Assembly: GCF_000150275.1 (NCBI RefSeq)
Contig: NW_002060960.1
Location: 124,001-188,000 of the forward strand
Length of the DNA: 64,000 bases
Direction: 5' to 3'
From: Trichoplax adhaerens
Lineage: Eukaryota > Animalia > Placozoa
The position numbers were made by a program, and so were the translations under genes. The notes under the pieces were generated by a model, which saw nothing but the letters and a program-made list of their open reading frames with translations, did not search any database and had not been told where the DNA came from. Shown here one piece after another: positions 27,509 to 41,309 of the stretch (its first letter is position 1; every line of letters starts with the position of its first letter).

Positions 27509-28566
27509 TAAAGAAAACTTAAAAAATATTGCGATTCAAGTAATGCTACTGAGCTAGATTTAGAAGAGAACAAAGACCTAAAGGCTTTCAATATAATCAG
27601 TGAGAAAACGACACAAAGAATTAAAATAAAACCAAACTTACCCTAACAAGTAATTTGCAACAGAAAAGAGAATCATGCTAGAAAAATTGCAGTAACAATC
27701 ATTGAAAGTAATTTTGATAGAACTGACAGCCCATTAACTTGCCCGATTCCGGTAGCAACAGTAGTTGATAGGACATGAGCATCGACAAAATAGGATTTTA
27801 TAAACTGTATGTAGAAAATCGATCACTGTTACAAGTAATAAAGAAGATGTTTAATTCAGAAGTTATTTTCTTGCTTTGGACTGCAAATCAATCTACAGAA
27901 AGCGAGCATGGTAGCGAAATCGCTGGATTATTTGTTAACCCCTTTCTGCATACTAGCTTAACCGGATCAGGGACTGCTAAATTAATATTTTAATAGTCCT
28001 GAGCGAATCTAGTTTCAATTACAGTTGAAATGGGTTTACAATCAATGTTACCATTTATTATTATCGTAGGTTTGAGTACTCTGATCAAGCTTGGAAAATA
28101 TCATTATTGAACTGCTGTACTTACGAGCTCCTGATTCGACATTTTTTCTTAAACGTCTTTACTCATCATCGGGAAAATTCAATCGCTTCGTTCGAGAGAA
28201 ACTAAAACAGATTGGTGTTTTCTGTCGTTAAACCCGATCTTCTAGATTGTGAAGATCCCGTTATTGTGATTCGATGTTAGTGCCGGTGATCGGTATTAAA
28301 TACAGTGTTATTTTAATGTAGGTTATACTGCTTTATTATAGGCTGCATATTATTTATTATTACTCTTAGCAGTTATACCTTACAATAGCAAACGACATTG
28401 TACAATAATAAACATGTAATCATAATAATTCATCATACCGTCATTATTTATACTATTAGAATCTATGCTTCGCGTTCTGTATAGATTTGTACTTTTTACT
28501 GAATGCTAATTATACCTTGGAGCTTGGTGCTGCATTAGAATATAAAGCCAGCCAGATTTCTTTATA

Positions 28567-28591
28567 GGGTGGGGTGAGGGAGAACGTGGGG
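28567..28591 (+). other. Canonical G-quadruplex motif
   Basis: GGG-T-GGGG-TGA-GGG-AGAACGT-GGGG in otherwise AT-rich DNA. Confidence 0.5.
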
Positions 28592-29512
28592 TAGAACATA
28601 CCCTTGAAACCTGCTTGAAACCTGATGCTGTAGGAGAGTAACCTGTGATATTGAAAAAGTTATATAATACACTGAATAGTTTCTGGAATAGGAACGATTC
28701 CTTACGATAGTAACCATCAATCATAATATACCCTTATGCCTTATACTCTATTAGATTAGCTTATGGTATTGAAAAAGATAATCTGCTAAAGGAGTTCTTA
28801 AAGAGAATCCTTTACTTACTATTACGCATTATGCATTAATATATTTATCGATCATAATAAATCCTTAAAAAATCAGACTTCTTTAGATTTTGACTGTAAT
28901 GTAGTAAACAATATCATATAAAATATGATCTATCGTAAATATAGGGATAGAAAAATTAGCAAATAAACAAATTCGGTTAAAAAATACATTGATTCAGCAC
29001 CGTATACGTATAACCTAATAAATTAACCGTAGAAATAGTTGAAGATATAAAGCTCACATGTTGTAAGAAGGCTAAAGTGAGATTCTATCAAGTAGGAAAT
29101 GTGTTTAAAGGTTTACATGAGTTGATGGCATTGAATACCTATGCTGCATAGCTTTAATACGATAGATAACGATAAATGGAAAAAATATAAAGTAATATTT
29201 GGAATTATTTTACAAATAGATTTATGAAAGCGTTATGGATTAGTTGCAGAATATATACGAAAAAGATTGATCCTTCTACAATGTGAAATAGATAAAGAAC
29301 AGAACGCCAAAGTAGACATAAATGAAAGATAGCAATTTAATTTATACTACAGTAAATTACTTTAATAAGATTCTTTTCGTCACTTGACTAGTTGCCGCGT
29401 CTTGTATTGCGTATAAATAAATTGATCGCAGTTGGAAGAGCACTATGCAATACTATTGCGAGACTGATACATAGCAGTAATATTTGAGTAGCATCATAAT
29501 CTTTAAAAATAA

Positions 29513-32500
29513 TTAAAAAATTGATCTCTGATCATTAGATGGTGCCTCCTGTCTATTTTGTCTACGCGTTATTCTAGATCGTAATCTAGAAGAGAATGCT
29601 AAAACAGTCTCTGCAGGTATAGTGAGGATTAAGAAAGCTAATATTAAAGATAGTGTCCCTAATATTTTGTATAAATTAAAGATTTCTTGTCGAAGAGAAA
29701 CATCGATTGCAGCATTCATAGGAATGGCAAATAAGGAGCCCAATGAAGCATAAGCAGGGTAGGTGATTGCAATTCCAATGCAGAGAAGTAAATTGTATAT
29801 AACATTGAAAATTCCAATCATAAAAAATGGCCAAGGAAAACTAGAGGCAGTCAATACTTCAATTCCAGCCAAATGTAAAATGAGAGTAGGTATCCATAAT
29901 GTTACTAGGGAATAAAAACCAACTAAGGTAAGAAGCATCGATGTCTGAGCCAAGGATATACTTACAAGACACTTCTTGGATATTACCTAAATCATAAATC
30001 AAACGGAGAAAGTAATTTTAGTAGGCCTCTACAAATTTTGGTTTCCTACGTTTTAGTTTTACATTAATTCGACCTAAAGTTAACAAAGTCGATTTGATAA
30101 AGATTAACATATCGATGTATTAATACAGCTAATGTTTATACAAGGTGACCAGAAAAATAATTTGTCCTTATTCATACTAATAAACAAATAAAAGTTGATT
30201 TCCTAGCTTACCCGAAAAGTCGCTGAAAAAAAAGCACTTGCAGCTGTGAGCAATACACCAGTCGCTTGAAGTGATCCTAACCCTTCAGAATAGGCTATTA
30301 AGACCACGCCAGCAATGGATAGTAAAACCGCTAAGAACTGGTTTGGATAGATAAATGGCAAAAAATATATTACAATTTCAGCAAATAACCGGCGCCCTCG
30401 TTTCAAATCAGTATGCAGTATTGACAAATACGAAAATAGCAAGTACATAAAATCATCAAATATTTGAAGATTAGCGAGTTTGCATAAAATTCAATATTGC
30501 AGCTTCAAACTACGAAGCAGTATGACAACAACTTTAATGTTGAAATGATATAAACATTCAGACCGCTTCTTCACTATAAAAGATGAGCTAATTCAAGATT
30601 TTTCTAGCGAGGGGCAATTATCAGCAACTGGAGTCGTAAAGTAAGTAAGGTTGGAAGAAAAGCGGATCTAACAGTAAGCTTGTAGTTTTAAATTCTTGTA
30701 ACAAGTACGGTATCATTCCTGTTAATAGATCTGATGAAGAAATCATGATAACTGCTGATACAAAGAAGAATCAAGTAAGAATTACCTTCCATATTACTTA
30801 TAAAATTGTCATTCAAAAGAAATTAGATTTACCCGAATAATGATAAATGGTTCCTTAAGCCATATCACAGATAAAACGTAGGCAAAACCAACCACGGATG
30901 AAAATACTGCTAGAACATCTGTAGGAGAAGTAAACGCTAACGCATAGTAATATCCGTAATTAGCCACAGCAAGCATGATAGCCATGGTTAGCATTCTATA
31001 TGTTGCACTTTTTAGCGTAAATCCATCTTTACCACAAACAAGCATAGCTTCTCTGTAATTGAGAATAAATTCAAGCATATTAAAGTGCGACTTTGATAAC
31101 TCAATTTAGTGAGTAACTGTACCAATAGAGTACCCAAGAATTTAATGATTTGATTTAACAAATCAAAATCGTACTGTGCATCCGTAGATATTTAAAGCAA
31201 CTCGAAACGTAGTAAACTATGGATTTTAAACAGATGTGTAGCTTTATCTGTTGACGATAAGTTAAAATACCTGTATATATCTGTATGATTGCGACCAAAG
31301 CACATCAAAATTATTGCAATTATGGGATAGTTAATTAGAAACGCAGAGCAAGCAAACCTAGAAGACACAGACATAAAGAAGAAAATTTGAGTTGCGTCTT
31401 AAAAATTCTAAAGATCCATTTCCAATTTACTTATGATCACAGGTACGCCAATATCAAACAAATTGAATCCAATTACAGTATACAAAGTAATACAATATTT
31501 TAATTACCAATTCGCCATAGATGTTGCAGTAAAATTATAATCTTTGTAGGCAATATTTGTAAATTGTGAATTGGCGCACACAGATGCAGCACTTGTAACA
31601 ACGATAATCATCCCATATACAGTAGTCTTCATAGCAGAGAATTCTACTACTGGCATTTCAGTGGGTCCTTCATCACTAAATTCTGGGATATAACGTGAAA
31701 GTAGCCTATTCAAACTTATGCAAAGCAAAAGAAACCTGAATGATATATAATTGGTTTTCCTAAAGCAATGTGAAATAAGAAAATTTGATCAAGCTTCGTA
31801 GTAGGAGAATTATGACTTCGCACTTAATGTTAATACATATGCCATGCAGAAAACCATGATGGTAACTAGTGTATATTCTAATTTACATTTTTAATAGATA
31901 AGTAGGTATACAACAGAAAATGTGTTTTATAAAGTTACAGTTCTTGAGCAATTGACAGTAGAAAGGCAGGTAATAATTATATTACTAATTCAAGTTAGAA
32001 CAAATATACCATTGCTGAACACGCATGTATACTAGCCATCGTTACTAACTCAGTCCTATTCTGAGATAGTAATTTTAGAAAATTCTCATATAGATACTAA
32101 TATTGAAAGCAGTGATAAGCTAATTACTTCAGTTAGACAATAAGAGTTACAAATTTTACGACCGTGGATAGGAAATGTATTTATGCAATGCTATATTAAG
32201 TTTGGAACATGTTTACAAAACGAAGCGTTCTAGCTAAATCTGATATTAATTAATTTTTCTAAAAGATTTACATGAATTCCCTGTCATAGTAAGATACATC
32301 CAAATTTCTGAATTCATTACAATATTGGCAAATGTTTCCGTTAGTATCGAATAACTCGCCAAGAATTTTGCTTACAGTTTACAATAAACTGCATTAATAA
32401 ACAAAGTTAAAAAATCAAGACATAGATCTCCATTTAGACTAATGAATACTATAATAAGGTAGAATTGAATGTATCGGTATGGAAGATAAGGAAAAGTTCG

Positions 32501-32823
32501 CATTTAGTAGTTAGAATGCAAATTTGACATGGAAAATTATTGTAGCATAAATCTGTCTATTGATGATACCTGATACATGCGTTGATTCTCGGTAATTTTC
32601 ATTTTGAGCAATAGACTGAAAATTTTCGTTATCTACTTCATTCTCTTCTACGATATTAAAATGATAAAATTTCCATATAATCATGAGTTTAGACGTACAA
32701 TTCGCATTTAAAATGTAAACTTTTGATAGAAAAAGTCATAAAAACACTAGCCCCAATAGCAAATATTTATCTTAGGGCGATTTATTGATGATTATGGACG
32801 TTACTCTTACCTAATTCGTTCAT
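29513..32823 (-). CDS. SLC35F3/F4-like EamA/DMT transporter, copy B, 7 exons, ~390 aa
   Basis: Exons: 32811-32823, 32570-32647, 31508-31682, 31271-31357, 30833-31052, 30212-30337, 29513-29986 (1173 nt, in frame). The 13, 78, 87, 220 and 126-nt exons are the same sizes as in copy A. Confidence 0.9.
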
Positions 32824-34766
32824 TTCCTATGTGGTTTGCTGGCGAAGTGAGGATATAGATATTTGTATTTGATACTTGGAAGCTATAGAATTTCGATACG
32901 ATGAGTTAATGCAATTATAATTACCTGTCTGACTGGTAAAATTAAACACATGATTTCACCTAAATATCTTGAGTATTTACCTTATGGGTAAACAATTTTC
33001 AATACATTAAAGATCATTTTTATTTTTTATTTTTTTAACATCAATTTTTTAAGGGATTTCTGTGATCAACAACTATTATACTATTACAGTGTTTGCCCAA
33101 TTGGACAAGATCACCTATCACTCAGTAAAGATTATTTAGTCATTATCTTATGAAACAGCGAGCCAGCATATCACAATCGAATATCTTAAAAGCGATATAG
33201 ATCGCTTAAAGTAAAAACAAAGGTACACTAAATATTATAGATGCATGCCATAATTAAATAGACTTCAATAGACTCTCGTGAACATTTGGAATTACAAGGA
33301 TGAAACATTAAGTTCATTGTACAATGTTGTGAGGTTGATAGATCAAGAATCTTCAAAACTTTAGCAGAAAATTAAGATTTATTGAACAAAACCTCGTTTA
33401 CCAAGATACAACGTAATCGATTAGCTGAGGATCTCTAACGAGAAAGAACCAACTTACTATACTAAACTACTCGCTTATATACTTTTCCGCGTTTACAGTC
33501 TTAGCACCTTACTTACTACACATTTCAGTATTAGCATCTCAATTACAGGATAGTTTACACCTTTCATGTGAAGCTCTAGTGTGAGAACTGTAGCGCTCCT
33601 CTTCAAAAGGATTCCATTTACTAAGCTAGCTATATTTAATACTTAAGCCTCTAACGAGAATATCTATCACATGTTGAACACAACACCTACGGTAGACATT
33701 ACTAAATATATCATCAACTTAGAATACAATATAACGCTGTCTTACAAATGTACATCCCCATCCATCTAATAATGTCAGTACTAATGCAAATTTTAATCTC
33801 AACTTACTTACAGTCTATTGGTAGAAATCCTTAAAATGAGAAAAATAAGATCAAGATGCCATCAGAAACGATTGATCCCGTGCAAATTCTTCACTATTTG
33901 AACATGAGAAGTCAAAAATAATAATACCATTACGGCAGTCGTTACTAAGTTATTATTCGGCAGTAAGAAGATGTTAACGCCTACAAAATATACGAGCTTA
34001 TATAATTGAATAAATCACTAGGTGAAACAAAGACATTGGACAAAAACTGATTATTCAGGGTTTAATTGCTTGAAGAATAGTCTGATGATCACAATATGCT
34101 AAGTGCATTAACAATAACAGCGATACAGACATTGGGGTGGGTATAATGGATTCTATAGCATCAATTTTAAATTTATATCGAAATTGGCCACTCCAACATG
34201 TCAGTATAATCAACTATTGCTCATACCTGTTGGGAAATATTCGAGTCTACTGCATACTATGGCAAAATCGACGAAATCGAATTACTTTTGTTATCATAAA
34301 GAGTTTGGAATCTAATGGAATCCTTGATGATCTACCTGTAAGCCGTAGATACGATATTAGAACAGCAAATTGTATTTGTAATTCATTGGCGAAATCGATT
34401 TTTCATGGAGGATTTTCTTATGATGTTTATTCTGTAAGGTGCAACGCTGTAGCTACCCGATATCGCTAATTATTGTAGTGCTGTGCTATGCTTGCAGTCA
34501 TAGTTCACGCTAGAAACTGATTTGGAAAAAAATTGTTAGGTAGAATGTTAACAAGTTGGAAGAATTGAGATACATCCATTACCACATAAACTGTACCAAA
34601 TGCATGGCTGATTTTTTACATCGGTGGAAATAGGCAATAATACAATTTCTAGCATCATATCTAATTTAATTAGTGCGATGTATGCCGCTTTTAATACTAG
34701 AAAATAACAATTTTGACATCATTAGACTCTGCCAATGCCAAATAAAAGATGAATCTATGTAATTAC

Positions 34767-35588
34767 CCGATTATTGTAACTGGTTTCTTCAGCCATATTA
34801 TTGAGAAAATATAGACAAAACCTGTAGCAGCTGAAAAAAACTGCAGTTACATTCGTAGAAGAAGTAAATTGCAGAGCATAGTAACAACAGTAAGTTGCTG
34901 AAGCAGTCATGATTGCCGCAAATGGCATTCAGATAGTTGCACTTCTAAGGGTAAATCCGTCTTTACTGCAAACAAGTATGGCTTCTCTGTAATTTATAAT
35001 ATAATCCAATAAGTGATAGCAAATCAGTGAATGAAGGAAATCATTACAGATAGAGTTAGATATTTTTCTTGGAAAATGCTGTAGGAATTTGACACTTTAG
35101 CTATATTGTTCAAAACTATCATTGATGTGTAATAAATCACTAATTATAATTGAAATGCACGTATTCCTCTATCCGTTGAATATAAATCTAATAAATACCT
35201 ATATATATATCCTTGTGATTGCGGCCAAAGCAAACCAGAACCATTGCGACTAAAGGATAATTAACCATAAAAGCAGAGCAAGAAAACCTATAAAATAGGT
35301 AAGTATACAATGTAATATACCTGTAGTCGTATCTTCAATAATACCGTATAGAAAAGTCACTTTAACGTGATAGATATATCAGTACAAAGCTCAGGAATGA
35401 ATTTGCTTAATTACCAATTCACCATAGAGGTTGCTGTAAAATTGTACTTTGTGTGTAAGCAATGGCTGCAAACTGCGAATAGGCAGATACAGATGCACAG
35501 CCACTGATTACAACAAGAATTCCGACAATAGCCTTTATGATTGAGGATTTGATACCTAACGTATTCTTACGTCTTTCCTCACCGGTAT
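34767..35588 (-). pseudogene. SLC35F3/F4-like pseudogene, copy C (three internal exons only)
   Basis: Exon remnants at 35415-35588 (+2 insertion in a CA run), 35199-35287 (89 nt instead of 87, AT-run expansion) and 34767-34986 (in-frame TGA at 34929-34931 at an Arg position, plus +1/-1 indels). The 126-nt and terminal exons were not found downstream. Confidence 0.88.
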
Positions 35589-36614
35589 CTTTAAGACAGA
35601 AATAAAAGAGTTGATGCTAGTTCAAGTGCTATTAAAAGTAATTTGTATTTCACAGATACTCTCTACACAAATTTAATCAAGTGCAAAAGGTGGTAGGTAT
35701 AGTTACAGTTCTGAGCTAATTTTGTGGATAATTCATTAACACTTGCATTGAGAGTATTAATATTGTAGTTATGCAGTTATCAAATGGAAGCTACACCTGC
35801 TGGCAGTTTTTACCATTAAATAACCGACAAGGAATCAATTTATGAACCTATTAAAATAGTGGCCTAAGTGGTAAATAACCGAGAAAAATAACATCTAATT
35901 TTCCAGTAATGTTTGATTAGAAAGCTAAACACATCATATAAAAAAAAGGCTATTAGTCAGAATATTGAATGATATTATACAAGTAAGATAGCACAGGATT
36001 AAAGAAAAATGAGAGAAAAGTTTTATTAAGTGCTAATAATATCGATTTAGGGGGCAATTTACTGACTCAAATAATGATAAATTGTAATGTTAATAGGTAT
36101 TGTAATACCTGAATTACTCATATACTTCAATTCTGGTGTGTTTACATTTTGATGCGTTGCTTGATTATTTCCATCATGCAATTCGCTCATTTCCGCAACG
36201 AATGGCAGTAAAGCAAAGGTTAACATTGCATTTTGTGATTCAATCGTAGGAAATTTTCATTTGACTCATCATTGAATCAGTCATTACTTAGCTCTTTGGT
36301 ATTATTAGATGAGCGATTTACTTATCCAGTAGCTATTTTAGGTGTCGCCGAATGGCAATTTTCGTGACTTAATTTACTTATTTCTGAGATCAAAAGAAAC
36401 AACTGTCAAGGCCTAGTGTTGAAAGAGATATTCCTAAACGAGTGAATGAATACTTTTCACAGTCATTACCTATCCTATCGATAAAATCATCAGTATTTTA
36501 TTCGGCTGGAAGATAAGTTAAAGGCAATGATGAGCTAGGAAACAGAGAGAAAGATAACAGCAGAGTAGCAGTGTTTCGACGAAGTATTTTTAACTGATGA
36601 TTACGTATGTTAGA

Positions 36615-37500
36615 AGGCTTGGTTAACGTGTGAGAGTTGGAAGCATACATGCGAATAAATTTCTTCTAACGACTAAGTATTTACACCAATGGATAAGTTC
36701 CGTGATCACAATATCAAATTATGCTATTCTATACTACTATAATACTGTATTTTACCTGCATATTACAGATTACAGTGCGTGGCATATGCCACGTATCTCA
36801 AGATTCTACAGCAAGCCTCCTTTTTTATCATCCTACATTATTCAGTAGTCTTAATCGACAATTTGTTCGCAAAACCAACTCAAAATTATAGGCGGATGAG
36901 TTATAAATGACTCTACAATTACAGTAAACAACTTCCCATAATCATATTATTTTCAAAGTTGATCAACTTAGCCACTCTATTATGTGGAAATTCAAAAAAT
37001 GGCTACTGATTTTATTGAATATCATTATTATGCCTAATTTATAGGATATCTGAAATCACGCCATCAGACATCAACTGTATAGAGACTGAATATAGATAGA
37101 CTCAAAATGAACAATAGCGCCGATATTGAATTTTACCAGCAAAAATGGAGTGTATCTGAAAGAGTGTGTCAATAATTACACCAAGCTAGTATCTACGGTA
37201 GGTTTCTTTACCATAGCTGAAGCTCCAGATTTCACGATTATCAAGCAATTTACAGTAATGATAATATAATTAGTAAATTGACTTGAACAGCTTGATAATA
37301 AGCAAGCATTCAGCTCAGGAAACAACATGATTGACAATTATGCAATCGTATCATTGAAATTCCATCTTGATAGAAATACCATATAAAAAAGGAATAGAAA
37401 GATAAATAATTTAAACCAATACAATAAATTTTACTGTGATCTACGAGTACTTATGAAATAATATACATGTATATCTAACTTGTGCAATGTGCATATAAGT
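36615..37500. repeat. ~0.9-kb duplicated block, copy 1 (partner 42761-43668), possibly a decayed coding sequence
   Basis: Colinear anchors shared with 42761-43668: GAGTTGGAAGCA, ATATTACAGATTA.AGTGCGT, AAACCAACTCAAAATTAT, CTACTGATTTTATT, TAGACTCAAAATGAACA, TAAATTTTACT. Confidence 0.85.
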
Positions 37501-37643
37501 ACCATAAAATATTCCATAAAATTGTGGTATTGAAGTCAATAATTTAAAAATAAATTATATAAATAGACTTAAACAGAAAATTTTCAAAGTCTCGTACAGT
37601 ATTACATATCTTCAATAAGGGGTCGGATCTAAAATATAACTAA

Positions 37644-40503
37644 TTATTGTCTACAAGATCTAAAGGTAACAATTTTGCGCACTTTCGCTGAAAATGCAAT
37701 CATTTTAGGTATTGGTATTGATAAGATTATAAATGCAACCATCAGTAGTACTGTTCCTAAGATTTTGTATATATTAAAAACTTCCTGTCGGTAAGAAACA
37801 TCGATCGCAGCATTCATAGGAATAGCGAACAGCGGGCCCATGGAGGCATAAACAGGATAAGTAATGGCGATGCCAATGCAAAGTAATAAATCGTACAGGG
37901 CATGAAAGAAAATCATCAAAAAAAATGGCCAAGGGAAACTAGCTGCAGATAGCACTTGAACTCCAGTGCAGTGCAGAATCAATGTGGGAATCCATAAAGT
38001 AATCAGTGTGTAAAAGCCAACAATACTTAGAAGCATCGCAGTTTGTGATATTGAAGGGCCAGCGACGATTCTTTTTACTAAAACCTATCAAAAGAAATGA
38101 AATCCTTTTATAAATCTACTACATTCTAATAGCTTCCATTATTACAGTACCGAACGCTAATGCTCACAATACATTATGTTAATCTCGGTTTTAGGCTTAA
38201 TAGGATAATAAAATTAATTATGAATTCTATTATCTGACAAAGTATAAAAGAGGTTACCAAATAATGATTATATCGAGTCACCTGCTAATGCAAGAGTAAT
38301 CACAACAATTCTATCTAGCTTTACTAAGGTACCAACCCTGAAAAATGCTGCAAAAAGTGCACTGACAGCAGTCAACAGCACGCCAAGAGCTGCAAAAGAA
38401 CCTAAACCTTCAGAGTAGGCTACCAATACAACACCAACTATAGATAATAGAACAGCTAACATCTAAATATGTTAGAAAAACGATAACAGCAAATTAACGA
38501 ATTTCACTTGGGTATGCAAATATTACAACCCGCAATTGTATTTAAATGAAAAATACTGCAACCAAATTGGAATGTAATTGCTATGAATTAGTTATCTGTG
38601 TCAATGAGACACCACGCGACTTCAACACATTAATATCGTGATCCATTGTTGATTTAAATTAATACAATTATGTACTTTTAGCTCTGTCAGAAGTAGGAAT
38701 ACGCCATATCGTTTATAAGCATCAATGTTATTACGAGAATCTAACAATTATCTATGAATATTCAATACCCTTAAAACCACGAACGTTTCTTTTAGCCATA
38801 TCAAAGATAGAACATAGACAAACGCTGTCGCTGACGAATATATAGCTGTAACATCTGTCGATGAGGTAAACATCAAAGCGGAGTAATAAGTATAAATTGA
38901 TGCGGAAGCCAAAACTGATAACGCGAGCATTCTTTTAGTGGCACCTTTATAAGTAAACCCTTCTTTGCCGCAGACTAGAATGGCTTCCCTAAATAAATTT
39001 AAATATCCAAAAAGTTGAACAGATAGATTGAAGTTCAAAAACTACTTGGCAAATCTGTTATTTTGATCTCAATCAATCACTTGGTTATTGTTTAAATAAG
39101 TCGTTACAAAGCGGACTAACACTAAAGCATCCAGATAGTATATAAACTAGCTTTGACTTGCTATGTACTTATGCAATAGTACACATTAGTTTATTCCTAA
39201 AGAAGCCATAAATCCATTAAAATAGTTATAATCGAATCATAGACCTCAGCTATTTTATAGTTCCAATACATAAAAATACTCATAACATGCCTATATAATT
39301 CGCGTTGATTACGTCCATAACATCCGTATATCATAGCAATAAATGGGTAGTTAATCATAAAAGCAGATCCAGCAAACCTTTTAAAGTTTACAAATGAAAG
39401 AAAAAAATTACACAACTATCATAAACTTGTTATTAGCTGTTAAAGTAACTACGATAAAGAAAACTCTAATCAAACAGCAGAGATTACTAAGATAAAGGTT
39501 TTAAAGTTTACTGCCTCAACTGCAAATGTTACTAACCAGTTCACAAGAGATGTTGAAGTAAAGTTATAATCGGTGTAAGCAATAGTTGCAAATTGAGATG
39601 TTGCACAAACTGATGCTCCAGTACAAATCACAATTACTATTCCGAAAATAATTTTCTTAAGAGAAAAATTTTCTTTTACATGTTTCTCTGGGCTTCCTGT
39701 AAGATGAAGTTTAAATGAAGCAAATTATAACTTGTATTATTCATTTAAAATGGAATGAAGGGTTCTAAAAATCGATTACGACATAATATAATATAATTTT
39801 GTTCTGCATACAGCTTCTTATTTTGCGTCGATGAAAATGGGGTAGTAATACTGCAAATGCATTTTAAGATTGCTGTATATCTAGATTTATAGTTTACACT
39901 ACGTATACGAATTCGAAGAATCAGTTCAGTTAAAGAGAAGAGGTGTAGCAAGTAATTACACAGTTAACTACAACCCGTACTAATGAATACTTTGGAAATT
40001 GCAATATTATAACCAACTAACTAATGAGTGGTTCCGTATTCCCCATTTTTCCGACTAAATCAATATAGTAAGGAACAAAAGGCTATGAAAACAATCTATA
40101 ATGTCCTTTAGAATACTATAGTAATAACGTGAGGAAGCAAATTTTCTTAATATCAAGGGATATATGCATAGTCTACAAACGAGGTATTTATGCATCTATT
40201 GTATACTACGTTATATTTTATTCTGACTATTCATAGCACTTAGAGTATCTTAAATGTACAGTATGGTCACAATAGTAGCAGTGATGGTATTGATATTAAA
40301 GCTCTGCTAAGTAACTAAATAGAGCAAAAAAGGATTGCATTATCACGATATCTACTACTGAATAATATATAGCAATATGATACTAAAGCACATTCAAGAT
40401 CACCTTCCGTAGTAAAGGAGTCTTCATGAGTCGTATCTTCAGTTGATGGCTGGCTGTTAGCATTAGCTAAATTATTATTTGTATCCACCAATTCCAAACG
40501 CAT
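37644..40503 (-). CDS. SLC35F3/F4-like EamA/DMT transporter, copy D, 6 exons, ~377 aa, with one GC-AG intron
   Basis: Exons: 40404-40503, 39537-39696, 39291-39377, 38769-38988, 38337-38462, 37644-38084 (1134 nt, in frame). The 87, 220 and 126-nt exons are conserved. The donor after the 87-nt exon is AG|GCATGT. The first exon is less certain. Confidence 0.87.
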
Positions 40504-40963
40504 TCTGTAATAAATAACCATCAATATCATCAAAACGGAATACTAAGCCAAGGAAAGTTTCAAAAACTTGAGTAAAGATGTTGATGGTATCAGTAAGCAA
40601 TATCAATATTGAGTAGTTAATATTAGTACGAGTATAGATAAAGCATTGAAGAAGATTGATCCCATTACAAGCTGTAAAGACGCTGTAAGTGAATCAGCCT
40701 TAGTATTAGCAGAAGCTTTTTGCTAAGACTTTAATTCCACAGAAATGAGTGATCAATGTACAGTAAGCATTCCACTTGATGTATTGTATAAATAGATAAC
40801 TATCAATAAGTTTGCACTAGCTGATAGCTGCCTAAGCTACGTGAACCGATCGATAAAGTCCTTTTATAACATGGTACAGTTCGATTGTATGGAAAAGTAT
40901 GTATTAGTTTGACTGTATTGACTGATTTCGATGGTGTTCATGAAAAATAATGTGATAGTCAAT

Positions 40964-41309
40964 CAACTGCATACTTGTAATGTAAACCATTTGCAAGAAA
41001 ATATGATTCCATCTCCCACTTACCTAAATTGAAGGTGATGGTTGAAGGAAGAAAGAAATCAAGATAAAGCACGGATATCCAATAACCTTGATTCACTAAT
41101 TGATCATTACCTTGATTGTTAAACAAGAGTAAATCGCAACTGCACACTTGTAATGTAAACAATTTGCAAGAAAATATGATTCCATCTCCCACTTACCTAA
41201 ATTGAAGGTGATGGTTGAAAGAAGAAAGAAATCAAGTTAAAGCATGGATATCCAATAACCTTCATCCACTAATTGATCATTTTCTTGATTGTTAGACAAG
41301 AGTCAATCG
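40964..41309. repeat. Recent tandem duplication, 2 x 173 bp
   Basis: Units start at 40964 and 41137 (CAACTGCA.ACTTGTAATGTAAAC.ATTTGCAAGAAAATATGATTCCATCTCCCACTTACCTAAATTGAAGGTGATGGTTGAA...) and differ by only scattered substitutions. Confidence 0.95.

Noticed and set aside
27642-27805. Possible minus-strand exon bounded by CAG and GTAAGT
   Set aside because: It has stops in all three frames and no identifiable partner exons.
34929-34931. Selenocysteine or readthrough TGA in SLC35F copy C
   Set aside because: The position is Arg in the paralogues, and the copy has independent frameshifts and missing exons.
40959-41192. 77-aa ORF with an internal repeat
   Set aside because: It is a by-product of the 173-bp tandem duplication.
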